Shown: positions 17,719-26,802 of the stretch, piece after piece
Layout: each line of letters starts with the position of its first letter
How positions within the stretch are numbered: position 1 is the first letter of the stretch
From: Alphaproteobacteria bacterium
Lineage (GTDB): Bacteria > Pseudomonadota > Alphaproteobacteria > Rhodobacterales > Rhodobacteraceae
Assembly (NCBI GenBank): GCA_030425925.1
Contig: JAUHZO010000002.1
Coordinates: 262,541 to 326,540 of the forward strand
Length of the DNA stretch: 64,000 nt
Direction of reading: 5' to 3'
Program-made: the position numbers and the translations under genes
The notes under the pieces: generated by a model
Seen by the model: only the letters and a program-made list of their open reading frames with translations
Database searches by the model: none
What the model was told of the DNA's origin: nothing

Positions 17719-17772
17719 GTTCTTCTCCGCAGGTTTGCGTGGGGCCGGGCCGGGCAAGGCGGTCCGGCGGGG

Positions 17773-18681
17773 TCAGTTGGTGTCAAAGCGCTGGTCTTCG
17801 GTGATATGGGCAAGGCCGCGGGTCCAGTTGATATGGCCCAGCGAACTTTCCACGCGCGCGATGCGCCAGGCACCGTCGATGTCGCGCAGGAGGCGGAAAC
17901 AGGTCTCGAAGGGTTCCACGATCCGGTTGCCCTGGGCCATCACGTGGGTTTCCACGGTCAGGTGGTATTCGTTGGTGTCGATGGCGCTGAGACGTCGCTG
18001 GATCCGGTAGATATCGGTGACGCCGTTCACGGTCAGCGCCGTGCGGTACAGGTCGAAATCCTCGCGCAGGGCGTCCATGTCGGCCAGGCGGTAGGCCGTG
18101 CCGTTGCGCGGCACGACGTCATGCGGCAGCATGAAAAGCTGGCGGTATTCCTCGAAATCGGGTTCGAGCAGGGCGCGGGTCAGGCGTTCGCTGAACAGAT
18201 CGAAATCGAAGGCGGGGGCCGTCTCCAGCGGGCTGCCGTCGCGCCGGCTGAACGCCATATGGCCATCGCTGACGCTGACCTTCATGTCGACATCCGAATA
18301 CCATCCGGTTTCGCTCTGGGTGCGGGTGCCCACCACGACAAACGCCCCCGGCGCGTCCGAGCGGTTGACGATGTGGTGCCCGTTGGCGTCCCCGGCCGGG
18401 AACGCGCAGCAATCGCCGGGTCCCAGCGGGGTTGCACCGAAATCGTCCACCAGGACCAGCGTGCCCTCGGTCACCACCAGGAACTCGTCCTGCTGTTCGT
18501 GCCAGTGGCGCAACGAGGACATGGCCCCGGGGGCCAGCGTGACGAGGTTTGCGCCGAACTGGGTCAGCCCGGCGGCATCGCCCAGCCGTTTCTGGCGGCG
18601 CCCGGCCATGGCGGCATCATGCGGGGCCGGGTAGGACGAGCCGGTGCGCTCCGGCAGGGCGTCGAGATCGATCTTGGGCAT
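17773..18681 (-). CDS. Cupin-domain protein fused to a C-terminal NTF2/SnoaL-like domain
   Basis: N-terminal cupin signature (HWHEQQDEFLVVTEGTLVL...GDANGHHIVN). The C-terminal 160 aa resemble the downstream NTF2-like gene (DGAWRIARVE versus DGIWRAYGF). Start placed at MPKIDLD, where its ATG overlaps the stop of the upstream gene. Confidence 0.55.
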   Translation of the reverse strand: MPKIDLDALPERTGSSYPAPHDAAMAGRRQKRLGDAAGLTQFGANLVTLAPGAMSSLRHWHEQQDEFLVVTEGTLVLVDDFGATPLGPGDCCAFPAGDANGHHIVNRSDAPGAFVVVGTRTQSETGWYSDVDMKVSVSDGHMAFSRRDGSPLETAPAFDFDLFSERLTRALLEPDFEEYRQLFMLPHDVVPRNGTAYRLADMDALREDFDLYRTALTVNGVTDIYRIQRRLSAIDTNEYHLTVETHVMAQGNRIVEPFETCFRLLRDIDGAWRIARVESSLGHINWTRGLAHITEDQRFDTN

Positions 18682-19148
18682 CAGCCTGCTTTCTCCCCGC
18701 TGGGGGTGTCTTGCTGCCACAGGGTCGGACTGACCACGGTGTAATCGACATTGCGCATCCGCGCGGTAAAGCCGTAGGCGCGCCAGATGCCGTCCTCGCA
18801 ATGCAGCGTCATCTCGCTGCGATAGGGTTCAAGCACAAAGCTGCCGCCGCGCAGGATAAAGGTCTCGTGTTCGCCATGGATCATGTCGGCATTTCCCGGC
18901 TGGAACCGTGCGTTCACGCACAGCCGCTGGTAATCCTGCGCCCCCAGCCGGTCCAGGTTGGTGCGCTGGTCCAGCAGGCTGCGCCGCATGGCACCTTCGT
19001 CGCGCACGAAGACTTCGGCGTCCAGCGTCCGGATCAGCGCGGGAACCCCCAGATGGCGGACAAGGCCGTCCCAGTCCTTTTGCCAGAAGGCCCGGGTGAC
19101 GGCGTCGAGATGGCGCTGGTAGAGGTCCTTGGCTTCGCTGTCGGACAT
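18681..19148 (-). CDS. NTF2/SnoaL-like (ketosteroid-isomerase-like fold) small protein
   Basis: 155-aa ORF starting at MSDSEAKDLY. The track's upstream extension overlaps the fadA coding region. Paralogous to the C-terminal half of the adjacent gene. Confidence 0.5.
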   Translation of the reverse strand: MSDSEAKDLYQRHLDAVTRAFWQKDWDGLVRHLGVPALIRTLDAEVFVRDEGAMRRSLLDQRTNLDRLGAQDYQRLCVNARFQPGNADMIHGEHETFILRGGSFVLEPYRSEMTLHCEDGIWRAYGFTARMRNVDYTVVSPTLWQQDTPSGEKAG

Positions 19149-19197
19149 GGCGGGGGTGGCTCCGGCGGATGGCCCGGCCCGGGGGCCGGGCGGGGGC

Positions 19198-20409
19198 TCA
19201 GACGCGTTCGATGATGGTGGCCGCGCCCATGCCGCTGGCGATGCAGAGCGTGGCAAGCCCGGTGCCCTTGCCGGTCCGCTCCAGTTCGTCCAGCAGGGTG
19301 CCGATGATGATCGCCCCGGTGGCACCCAGCGGGTGCCCCATGGCGATGGAGCCGCCATTGACATTGACCTTGTCGCTATCGACGTCAAAGGCCTGCATGA
19401 AGCGCAGGACCACGCTGGCAAAGGCCTCGTTCACCTCGAACAGGTCGATGTCGGAAATGCTCATCCCGCTCTCGGCGAGGATCTTTTCGGTCACCGGCAC
19501 GGGACCGGTCAGCATGATGGTGGGATCGGTGCCGATCTTGGCGGTGGCCTTGATGCGCGCGCGCGGCGTAAGGCCGTGCGCCTCGCCAAAGGCCTTGTTG
19601 CCGATCAGCACGCCCGCCGCGCCGTCCACGATTCCGCTGGAGTTGCCCGCGTGGTGGATGTGGTTGATCCGTTCCAGATGCGGGTACTTCATCAGCGCGA
19701 TCCTGTCGAAGCCGGGCATGACCTCGCCCATGTCCCTGAAGGACGGCTTGAGTGCGCCCAGCCCCTGCATGTCGGTGCCGGGGCGCATGTATTCGTCGTG
19801 GTCCAGGATGGTCAGCCCGTTGATGTCGGTGACCTCGACGATGGAGCGGGCAAAGCGCTTGTCCTCCCAGGCCGCCGCCGCGCGCTTCTGGCTTTCCACC
19901 GCCAGCGCATCGGCATCGTCGCGGGAAAAGCCGTATTCGGTGGCGATGATGTCGGCCGAGATGCCCTGCGGCACGAAATAGGTCTCCATCGCCAGGCTTG
20001 GATCGACGGCAATCGCCGCCCCGTCCGACCCCATGGCGACACGGCCCATCATCTCGACCCCGCCGGCGATATAGGCGGCCCCCGCGCCGCCGCGCACCTG
20101 GTTGGCGGCAAGGTTCACCGCCTCCATGCCCGAGGCGCAGAAGCGGTTGATGGCAAGGCCGGGGATGGACTGGTCAAGCTCCGAGGCCAGCACCGCCGAG
20201 CGCGCCAGGCACCCGCCCTGTTCGCCCACCTGGGTGACATTGCCCCAGATCACGTCCTCGACCGCGTGCCCTTCCAGATCGTTGCGCGCCTTCAGCGCGG
20301 TCAGCACCTGCGCCGACAGGCGCACCGAGGTCACTTCGTGCAGGCTGCCGTCTGCGCGGCCCTTGCCGCGGGGGGTGCGGACGGCGTCATAGATATAGGC
20401 TTCGGTCAT
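19198..20409 (-). CDS. fadA: Acetyl-CoA C-acyltransferase (3-ketoacyl-CoA thiolase)
   Basis: Thiolase active-site Cys region (NRFCASGMEAV) and C-terminal His/Cys motifs (GHPLGATG and CIASGMGAA). Start at MTEAYIYDAVRTPRGKG. Confidence 0.9.
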   Translation of the reverse strand: MTEAYIYDAVRTPRGKGRADGSLHEVTSVRLSAQVLTALKARNDLEGHAVEDVIWGNVTQVGEQGGCLARSAVLASELDQSIPGLAINRFCASGMEAVNLAANQVRGGAGAAYIAGGVEMMGRVAMGSDGAAIAVDPSLAMETYFVPQGISADIIATEYGFSRDDADALAVESQKRAAAAWEDKRFARSIVEVTDINGLTILDHDEYMRPGTDMQGLGALKPSFRDMGEVMPGFDRIALMKYPHLERINHIHHAGNSSGIVDGAAGVLIGNKAFGEAHGLTPRARIKATAKIGTDPTIMLTGPVPVTEKILAESGMSISDIDLFEVNEAFASVVLRFMQAFDVDSDKVNVNGGSIAMGHPLGATGAIIIGTLLDELERTGKGTGLATLCIASGMGAATIIERV

Positions 20410-20533
20410 GAGAGGCTTCCTTTGCAGGTGTCGCGTGCTGGGTCCGACTTGGCCGAGCGGAGCCGTCGGATCAAGAGTGACGTGGCGGCCTGTCACGTCA
20501 CCCAGAGGTCTCGTGCTCCGGGTCAGGTCCGGT

Positions 20534-21166
20534 TCAGGCCCGGTCCGCGGGGCTGCCGGGCATCAGGTCATAGGGGTGTTTCCATCCGTCCAGCGCCTGC
20601 AGGTTCGACAGCCAGCGATCGATCCCGGGCCAGTCGGCACGGTCGAACCCGAAGGGTTCGGGATAGAAGAGATAGCCGCAGCACGAGAAATCGGCATTGG
20701 TGGGGGCGTCGCCCACGATCCAGTCGCGCCCCTGCAGATGCCCGTCCAGCACCTGGTAGGCGTTGTGCAGCCGGCCCTTGTTGAAGGCGATCACCTCGGC
20801 GGGGCGCTTCTCCTCGGGCAGGAAATTCGCAAGAAAGCGCGTCACCCCGGCCATGGAGCTGAGCTTGTGGTTGTCCCAGAACACCCAGCGCAGCACCTCG
20901 CGCGCCTCGTCCGGCGTGGCCCCGCCAAATCGGCCGGTCTTTTCCGAGACATACATCTGGATCACGCCGGATTGCGTCAGCTTCACATCGCCGTCCACCA
21001 GCACCGGCGCTTCGCCCATCTCGTTGATGTCGCGGCGGTATTCGGGGGTTCGGGTTTCCCCGTTGAAGAAATCCACCTTCACCGGTTCCCAGTCCAGCCC
21101 GGACATCTGCAGCGCCAGCGCCGCCTTGTAGGCACTGCCCGATTCGCCGAAGCAATAGAGTTTCAT
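20534..21166 (-). CDS. Glutathione S-transferase
   Basis: GST N-terminal thioredoxin-like and C-terminal alpha-helical domains. Starts MKLYCFGESGSAYK. Confidence 0.8.
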   Translation of the reverse strand: MKLYCFGESGSAYKAALALQMSGLDWEPVKVDFFNGETRTPEYRRDINEMGEAPVLVDGDVKLTQSGVIQMYVSEKTGRFGGATPDEAREVLRWVFWDNHKLSSMAGVTRFLANFLPEEKRPAEVIAFNKGRLHNAYQVLDGHLQGRDWIVGDAPTNADFSCCGYLFYPEPFGFDRADWPGIDRWLSNLQALDGWKHPYDLMPGSPADRA

Positions 21167-21234
21167 CGTCATGGCGCAGCCCTCCCGTGGCGCATCCGGT
21201 TGGTCCGGAAGTGGGGGCCAGCCCCCACACCCCC

Positions 21235-21262
21235 GGGTGTATTTCCGCCAAGAAGAAGCACA
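21235..21262 (+). repeat. 28-nt repeat family copy c (GGGTGTATTTCCGCCAAGAAGAAGCACA), left member of an inverted pair
   Basis: Preceded by a GTGGGGGC/GCCCCCAC hairpin. Inverted relative to copy d, 170 bp away. Confidence 0.6.
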
Positions 21263-21432
21263 GATCGCGCCAGTTCGAAACGATCAATTAACCTCGATGC
21301 GCTTTGATGGTCCTGCGGTACAGGCTGGGGAGCCGATGACCGCCCAAGGAGAAGTCCGGCTGCCATGCAAAGCGCTCCGGCATCGCAGGGGGGCCGTTTG
21401 CAGCCCGAAAGCCGGGTCCGATACCGCCTCCC

Positions 21433-21460
21433 TGCATCTTCTTCTTGGTGAAAATACCCC
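21433..21460 (-). repeat. 28-nt repeat family copy d (reverse complement GGGGTATTTTCACCAAGAAGAAGATGCA), right member of the inverted pair
   Basis: Together with copy c it forms terminal-inverted-repeat geometry around a roughly 225-bp segment in the GST / acyl-CoA dehydrogenase intergenic region. Confidence 0.6.
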
Positions 21461-21488
21461 AAAAAGACCTGACCAGCCGGTGCGCGGG

Positions 21489-22628
21489 TCACAAACTGCG
21501 CGCGATCAGCTCCTTCATGATCTCGTTGGTGCCGCCATAGATCCGCTGTACCCGCGCATCGGCCCACATCTCGGCCACCGCGTATTCCTGCATGAAGCCG
21601 TAGCCGCCATGCAGCTGCACGCAGTCGTCCAGCACCTCGCCCTGCGTGTCCGACAACCAGTATTTCGCCATCGCCGCCTTTTCGACGGTCAGCGCGCCCT
21701 GCAGGTGCTCGCGGATGCATTCGTCAAGGAAGGCGCGCGCGACGGCGGTGCGGGTCTGGCATTCCGCCAGCTTGAACCGGGTGTTCTGGAACTGGGTCAG
21801 CGGGCCGCCAAAGGCCTCGCGTTCCTTGCAATAGGCGATGGTGCGCGCAACCGCGCCTTCCATGGCACCCACCGCGCCGCAGCCGATCACCAGCCGCTCC
21901 TGCGGGAGCTGCTTCATCATCTGGTAGAAGCCCTGGCCCTCCTCGCCGCCCAGAAGGTTCTCGGGCGGCAGGGCGACATTGTCGAAGAACAGCTCGGACG
22001 TGTCCGCCGCGTGGCAGCCGATCTTTTCCAGATTGCGGCCGCGGGCAAAGCCGTCGGCCCCTTCGGTCTCCACCACCATCAGCGACACGCCCTTCGAGCC
22101 CTGCGTCGGGTCGGTCTTGGCCGCCACAATGATCAGGTTGGCATGCTGGCCATTGGTGATGAAGGTCTTCTGCCCCGACAGACGGTACACATTGCCCTCG
22201 CGCACGGCCTTCGTCTTCAGCCGCTGCACGTCCGACCCGCCCGAAGGCTCTGTCATCGCCAGCGCGCCCACCAGCTCTCCGGTCACCATCTTCGGCAGCC
22301 AGCGCGCCTTCTGCTCCTCGGTGCCGTAGGCGAGGATGTAATGCGCGACGATGGTGGAATGGATCGAGAAGCCCCAGCTTGCCAGGTTGCAATAGCCGGC
22401 GGCCTCGCAGATCACCGCCTCATGGCCGAAATCGCCGCCCGCGCCGCCATACTCCTCGGGGATGGACGGGCAGAGCAGGCCCAGTTCGCCCGCCTGCTGC
22501 CAGATCTCCGGGTCCATCTGGCCCTGCTTGCGCCAGCGGTCGTAATGCGGTGTCCATTCGGTTTCGATGAACTTGCGCGTCATCTCGGACAGCATGACGT
22601 GGTCTTCTGTCATCCAATCGCGGGGCAT
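21489..22628 (-). CDS. Acyl-CoA dehydrogenase (short/medium-chain type)
   Basis: 379 aa. ACAD N-terminal, middle beta-barrel and C-terminal domains, with the catalytic-glutamate region (YGGTNEIM). Confidence 0.9.
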   Translation of the reverse strand: MPRDWMTEDHVMLSEMTRKFIETEWTPHYDRWRKQGQMDPEIWQQAGELGLLCPSIPEEYGGAGGDFGHEAVICEAAGYCNLASWGFSIHSTIVAHYILAYGTEEQKARWLPKMVTGELVGALAMTEPSGGSDVQRLKTKAVREGNVYRLSGQKTFITNGQHANLIIVAAKTDPTQGSKGVSLMVVETEGADGFARGRNLEKIGCHAADTSELFFDNVALPPENLLGGEEGQGFYQMMKQLPQERLVIGCGAVGAMEGAVARTIAYCKEREAFGGPLTQFQNTRFKLAECQTRTAVARAFLDECIREHLQGALTVEKAAMAKYWLSDTQGEVLDDCVQLHGGYGFMQEYAVAEMWADARVQRIYGGTNEIMKELIARSL

Positions 22629-22639
22629 CCCGGTCTCCT

Positions 22640-22852
22640 TCAGCTCTTGCGCGCGTCAAGCTCGGCGTTGAAGCGGCGCAGGTGATGCGCCAGCGCCTCG
22701 CTGTCGGTGACGCTGTCGAAATGCTCGAACAGGAAGGACAGCGCCTCGCCCTCGTCAAGGCCGGCCTCCTGCGCGAACCGTTTGAGGTTACGATAACCGT
22801 CTTCGGTCATCGCCACAGGAAAACGTCGCGTCAGACGAAAGCGTTTGGGCAT
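22640..22852 (-). CDS. Small ribbon-helix-helix (CopG/Arc-like) protein, 70 aa
   Basis: Predicted beta-strand plus two helices ([43 protein letters not shown]). Sits between two acyl-CoA dehydrogenase genes with gaps of 43 and 11 bp. Confidence 0.45.
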   Translation of the reverse strand: MPKRFRLTRRFPVAMTEDGYRNLKRFAQEAGLDEGEALSFLFEHFDSVTDSEALAHHLRRFNAELDARKS

Positions 22853-22895
22853 GGGCGGCTCCGGCGTAGGGTGGGTCGTCTGACCCACCCTCCCA

Positions 22896-24674
22896 TCAGA
22901 ACTGTGCCGCGTCCAGCGCCATGACCGTGTCGGCACCGGACTGGATCCGCGCCAGATGAGTGGCGGTCATCGGCAGTTGCCGCGCCATGTAATAGCGCCC
23001 CGTGGCGATCTTGGTGCGGTAGAACTCGGCATCGCCGTCGCCCGCGTCCAGCCGTGCCTGTGCGGCCAGCGCCATTTTCGACCACATGAGGCCCAGGCAG
23101 ACATGACCGAAGAGGTGCATGAAGTCATAGGACCCGGCCAGCGCGTTGTTGGGGGTCTTCATGCCGTTCTGCATGAAGTACGTCCCCGCCGCCTGCAGGT
23201 CCTTCGAGGCGGCCTTGAGCGGCGCAAGGAAGTCGCGCTCGAACGCCTCGTCGCCCTTGTTCTCGGCGGCAAAGCCCTTGACCATCTCGAAAAACGCCAT
23301 GACGTGCTTGCCGCCGTCCTGCGCCAGCTTCCGGCCCACCAGATCCAGCGCCTGCACGCCGTTCGCGCCTTCGTAGATCATCGCGATCCGGGCGTCGCGG
23401 GCGAATTGCGACATGCCCCATTCCTCGATATAGCCGTGCCCGCCATAGACCTGCTGTGCCGCGGTGGCGTATTCAAAGCCCTTGTCGGTCAGGAACCCCT
23501 TGATGACCGGGGTCAGCAGGGAAATCATGCCGTCGGCGTCCTTGTCGCCCTGGCGATGCGCGCGGTCGATCATCTGCGCGCCCCAGTAGACAAAGGCCCG
23601 CGCGCCTTCGACAAAGCTTTTCTGGTCCATCAGGTTGCGGCGGATGTCGGGATGCACGATCAGCGGATCGGCCGGGCCGTCGGGGTTCTTGACGCCGGTC
23701 ACGTCGCGGCCCTGCAGCCGGTCCTTGGCGTAGTCGAGCGCGTTCTGGAACGCGACCTCGGCCTGGGCATAGCCCTGCAGGCCCACGCCAAGGCGCGCTT
23801 CGTTCATCATGGTGAACATGGCGCGCATGCCCTTGTGCGCCTCGCCGACGAGAAAGCCGGTGGCCTCGTCATAGTTCATCACGCAGGTCGAGTTGCCGTG
23901 GATGCCCATCTTTTCCTCGATCTTGCCGACCGACACCGCATTGCGCGCGCCCAGAGAGCCGTCCTCGTTGACCATGAATTTCGGCACGATGAACAGCGAC
24001 ACGCCCTTGATGCCGTCAGGCCCGCCGGGGATCTTGGCCAGCACCAGGTGGATGACGTTTTCGGACATGTCGTGATCGCCGGCCGAGATGAAGATCTTCT
24101 GCCCCGTCACCTTATAAGTGCCGTCCTCCTGCGGAACGGCCTTGGTGCGCATCAGGCCCAGATCGGTGCCGCAATGCGGCTCCGTCAGGTTCATGGTGCC
24201 GGTCCATTCGCAGGTGACCATCCTGGGCAGGTAAGTGGCCTTCTGGTCGTCCGAGCCATGGGCATGGATCGCCGAATACGCGCCATGCGTCAGGCCGGGA
24301 TACATGCTGAAGGCCATGTTCGCGGCAGAGAATTGCTCCACCACCGCGGTGTTCATCACGTAGGGCAGGCCCTGGCCGCCATACTCGGGATCGCAGTCGA
24401 GCGCCGTCCAGCCGCCCTCGCGCATCTGGTCGAACGCCGCCTTGAAGCCCCTGGGCGTGCGCACGACGCCGTTTTCCAGCACGCAGCCCTCGGTATCGCC
24501 CACCGGATTCAGCGGGGCCAGCACGTTCTGCGCCAGCTTGGCCGCCTCGGCGAGGATCGCCTCGGTGGTGTCGCGGTCGAGGTCTTCATAGCCGACAATG
24601 TCGGACGCGCTGACATTCAGCATGTCATGCAGGACAAACATCTGGTCTTTGACAGGCGCGGTATAGCTGGGCAT
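22896..24674 (-). CDS. Long-chain acyl-CoA dehydrogenase with C-terminal extension (FadE/AidB-like, 592 aa)
   Basis: ACAD core plus an extra C-terminal domain of about 150 aa. GGGAGA RBS. Start at [11 protein letters not shown]. Confidence 0.9.
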   Translation of the reverse strand: MPSYTAPVKDQMFVLHDMLNVSASDIVGYEDLDRDTTEAILAEAAKLAQNVLAPLNPVGDTEGCVLENGVVRTPRGFKAAFDQMREGGWTALDCDPEYGGQGLPYVMNTAVVEQFSAANMAFSMYPGLTHGAYSAIHAHGSDDQKATYLPRMVTCEWTGTMNLTEPHCGTDLGLMRTKAVPQEDGTYKVTGQKIFISAGDHDMSENVIHLVLAKIPGGPDGIKGVSLFIVPKFMVNEDGSLGARNAVSVGKIEEKMGIHGNSTCVMNYDEATGFLVGEAHKGMRAMFTMMNEARLGVGLQGYAQAEVAFQNALDYAKDRLQGRDVTGVKNPDGPADPLIVHPDIRRNLMDQKSFVEGARAFVYWGAQMIDRAHRQGDKDADGMISLLTPVIKGFLTDKGFEYATAAQQVYGGHGYIEEWGMSQFARDARIAMIYEGANGVQALDLVGRKLAQDGGKHVMAFFEMVKGFAAENKGDEAFERDFLAPLKAASKDLQAAGTYFMQNGMKTPNNALAGSYDFMHLFGHVCLGLMWSKMALAAQARLDAGDGDAEFYRTKIATGRYYMARQLPMTATHLARIQSGADTVMALDAAQF

Positions 24675-24703
24675 CAAGGTCTCCCTGAGGTCGTGTGACC
24701 GCC

Positions 24704-25108
24704 TTATCCGGCGGCGCGTTGGGCTTGCGTCACAGAGGCGAGCATCTTTTCGCCCCACTTAAGCTGCTCCTGCAGATCGTCGATGGCCTCGTTCAGCTCG
24801 TCACGTTCGCGAATCATGTCGGCGAGCCGCTGCTGGGCAATCTCGTAAGTCTGCCGGATCTGTGTCTGCTGCTGGTCGCCCACATAGTAGAGGTCCAGCA
24901 GTTGACGGATTTCTTCGAGGCTGAAGCCAAAGCGCTTGCCGCGCAGGATCAGTTTCAGCCGGGCGCGGTCGCGGCGCGTGAACAGGCGTTTTTGTCCTTC
25001 ACGCCTGGGAAACAGCAACTCCTTGGCCTCGTAGAACCGCAGGGTGCGCGGGGTCACGTCGAACATGTCGCACATCTCGCGGATCGTCATCAGTTGGTCG
25101 TCACTCAT
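24704..25108 (-). CDS. MerR-family transcriptional regulator (LiuR-like, acyl-CoA / branched-chain catabolism type)
   Basis: N-terminal MerR HTH ([22 protein letters not shown]) and a C-terminal coiled-coil. Start at MSDDQLM. Confidence 0.8.
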   Translation of the reverse strand: MSDDQLMTIREMCDMFDVTPRTLRFYEAKELLFPRREGQKRLFTRRDRARLKLILRGKRFGFSLEEIRQLLDLYYVGDQQQTQIRQTYEIAQQRLADMIRERDELNEAIDDLQEQLKWGEKMLASVTQAQRAAG

Positions 25109-25185
25109 ATCGGGTATCCTCACCTGGGGTAAACGTACGGCGTCAGGTGCGGATTCTGGCCTCATCCTACAATGGGAATTTTCGT

Positions 25186-25227
25186 TTACGTAACTCATAC
25201 GCCACGTCACTTTGAAGGTGACGTAAC
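25186..25227. promoter_or_regulatory. Candidate MerR operator: TTACGTAA palindrome plus ACGTCAC-N7-GTGACGT inverted repeat
   Basis: TTACGTAAC at 25186-25194 and ACGTCACtttgaagGTGACGTAAC at 25204-25227, about 80-120 bp upstream of the first MerR gene. Confidence 0.4.
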
Positions 25228-25334
25228 ATCCGGCAAGGGAAACCTTTGACGCACGAAATCTTGTTTCAAAGCGCTTTGAGGGTCGGGTCAGGTATTCCTT
25301 ACCCGCCTTGCGGATGCATCAATCCGGCGAGTCG

Positions 25335-25706
25335 CTACACGCCGAGCGTGTTTGCCGTGTCGTCCCGCATCCTGCGCAGCTCGTCGATGGCCTCGTCCAG
25401 CTGGCGGCGCTGGTCTGCCAGTTCGCTCAGCTGGCGGTCGGCCAGCGCGATCCAGGCGCGCATCTGCGCCTCGCTGCCTTCCTTTTCGTAGATCAGCAGC
25501 CATTGCCGGATGTCCTCCAGCGGAAAGCCCCATTTGCGCCCGCGCAGGATCAGCGTCATGCGCGCCACTTCCCGGGCACCGTACCAGCGGGCGCGGCCGT
25601 CGCGTTCGGGTGACAGCAACTCGATGTATTCGTAATAGCGCAAGGTGCGCGGCGTCACGTCGAAACGCGCGCACATCTCCTTGAAGCTGAGCTTCTGGTC
25701 CGACAT
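25335..25706 (-). CDS. MerR-family transcriptional regulator, paralogue of the downstream MerR
   Basis: Same HTH signature ([19 protein letters not shown]). 123 aa. Confidence 0.8.
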   Translation of the reverse strand: MSDQKLSFKEMCARFDVTPRTLRYYEYIELLSPERDGRARWYGAREVARMTLILRGRKWGFPLEDIRQWLLIYEKEGSEAQMRAWIALADRQLSELADQRRQLDEAIDELRRMRDDTANTLGV

Positions 25707-25818
25707 CGCGATCTCTCCCCTCAGGGCAGGTTAGGCCGCACGGGGTTCGGGGGCAAGGTGCCGGGCGACTTGCGGTGCTTCGGGGCGCGGCTCATAAAGG
25801 CAGCGAAGGAGAGCGTGC

Positions 25819-26253
25819 ATGACCGCAGACACGTCCGCAAACAAGGCCCGCATCGCGCGGCAGTTCATCGAGACCATTCCGCATTCGAAGGCGCTGGGCA
25901 TGGAGGTGACCGAGATCGGCGATGGCGTGGCGGTGATCCGCATGCCGTATGATGCGCGCTTCGTGGGCGATCCGGAAACCGGCGTGATCCATGGCGGCGC
26001 GGTGTCGGCGCTGATGGACACCTGCGGCGGTGCTGCGGTGATGAGCCATCCCAAGAGCCCGGCGGGCACCGCCACCATCGACCTGCGCATCGACTACATG
26101 CGCGCGGCCACGCCGGGTCAGGCGATCACGGCACGCGCGGTCTGCCACCATATCACCCGCTCGGTCGCCTTCGTGCGCGCCACCGCCTTCGACGACGACG
26201 CCGATCGTCCCGTCGCCACCGCCACCGGGGCCTTTACCGTGGAGGGGGTGTGA
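25819..26253 (+). CDS. PaaI-family hotdog-fold acyl-CoA thioesterase
   Basis: Motifs [14 protein letters not shown] and ATIDLRIDY, typical of PaaI/YbgC-like thioesterases. Confidence 0.8.
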   Translation: MTADTSANKARIARQFIETIPHSKALGMEVTEIGDGVAVIRMPYDARFVGDPETGVIHGGAVSALMDTCGGAAVMSHPKSPAGTATIDLRIDYMRAATPGQAITARAVCHHITRSVAFVRATAFDDDADRPVATATGAFTVEGV

Positions 26254-26762
26254 TGGCCCGCGCCACGCCGGAACCGGTGCAGGTGGTCAAGCAGCGCCGC
26301 GACATCGCCTTGCGCGCCCTGGCAGGCGGGGTGCCGTATATCCAGTATCTCGGCGTCAGCTTCGACCGGCGCGGGGACGAGCTGACCGCGATCCTGCCGT
26401 ATGACGAAAAGCTGATCGGCAACCCGTTCCTGCCGGCCATCCATGGCGGGGTAACGGCGGCCTTTCTCGAGATCACCGCAATGATCACCCTCAGCTGGAG
26501 CTGGATCTGGGCGGATCTGGAATCCGGTGCCCTGGATCTTGACGCGCTGGAGGCCGGGCAATTGCCGCGCCTGCCCAAGACCATCGATTTCACCGTGGAT
26601 TACCTGCGCTCCGGCCTGCCGCGCGACGCCTATGCCCGCGCCCGCGTCACGCGGTCGGGGCGGCGCTATGGCTCGGTGCAGGCCGAGGCCTGGCAGGACA
26701 ACCGCGACCGGCCCTTTGCGCAGGCCACTGCGCATTTCCTCATGCCGCGCAAGGAGGGCTGA
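26253..26762 (+). CDS. PaaI-family hotdog-fold thioesterase (second tandem copy)
   Basis: IHGGVTAAFLE motif. ATG overlaps the upstream stop as TGATG. Confidence 0.75.
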   Translation: MARATPEPVQVVKQRRDIALRALAGGVPYIQYLGVSFDRRGDELTAILPYDEKLIGNPFLPAIHGGVTAAFLEITAMITLSWSWIWADLESGALDLDALEAGQLPRLPKTIDFTVDYLRSGLPRDAYARARVTRSGRRYGSVQAEAWQDNRDRPFAQATAHFLMPRKEG

Positions 26763-26802
26763 GCGCGCCTTCGCCACAGCGAGGCGCGCACGCAAGAGCG
26801 CG

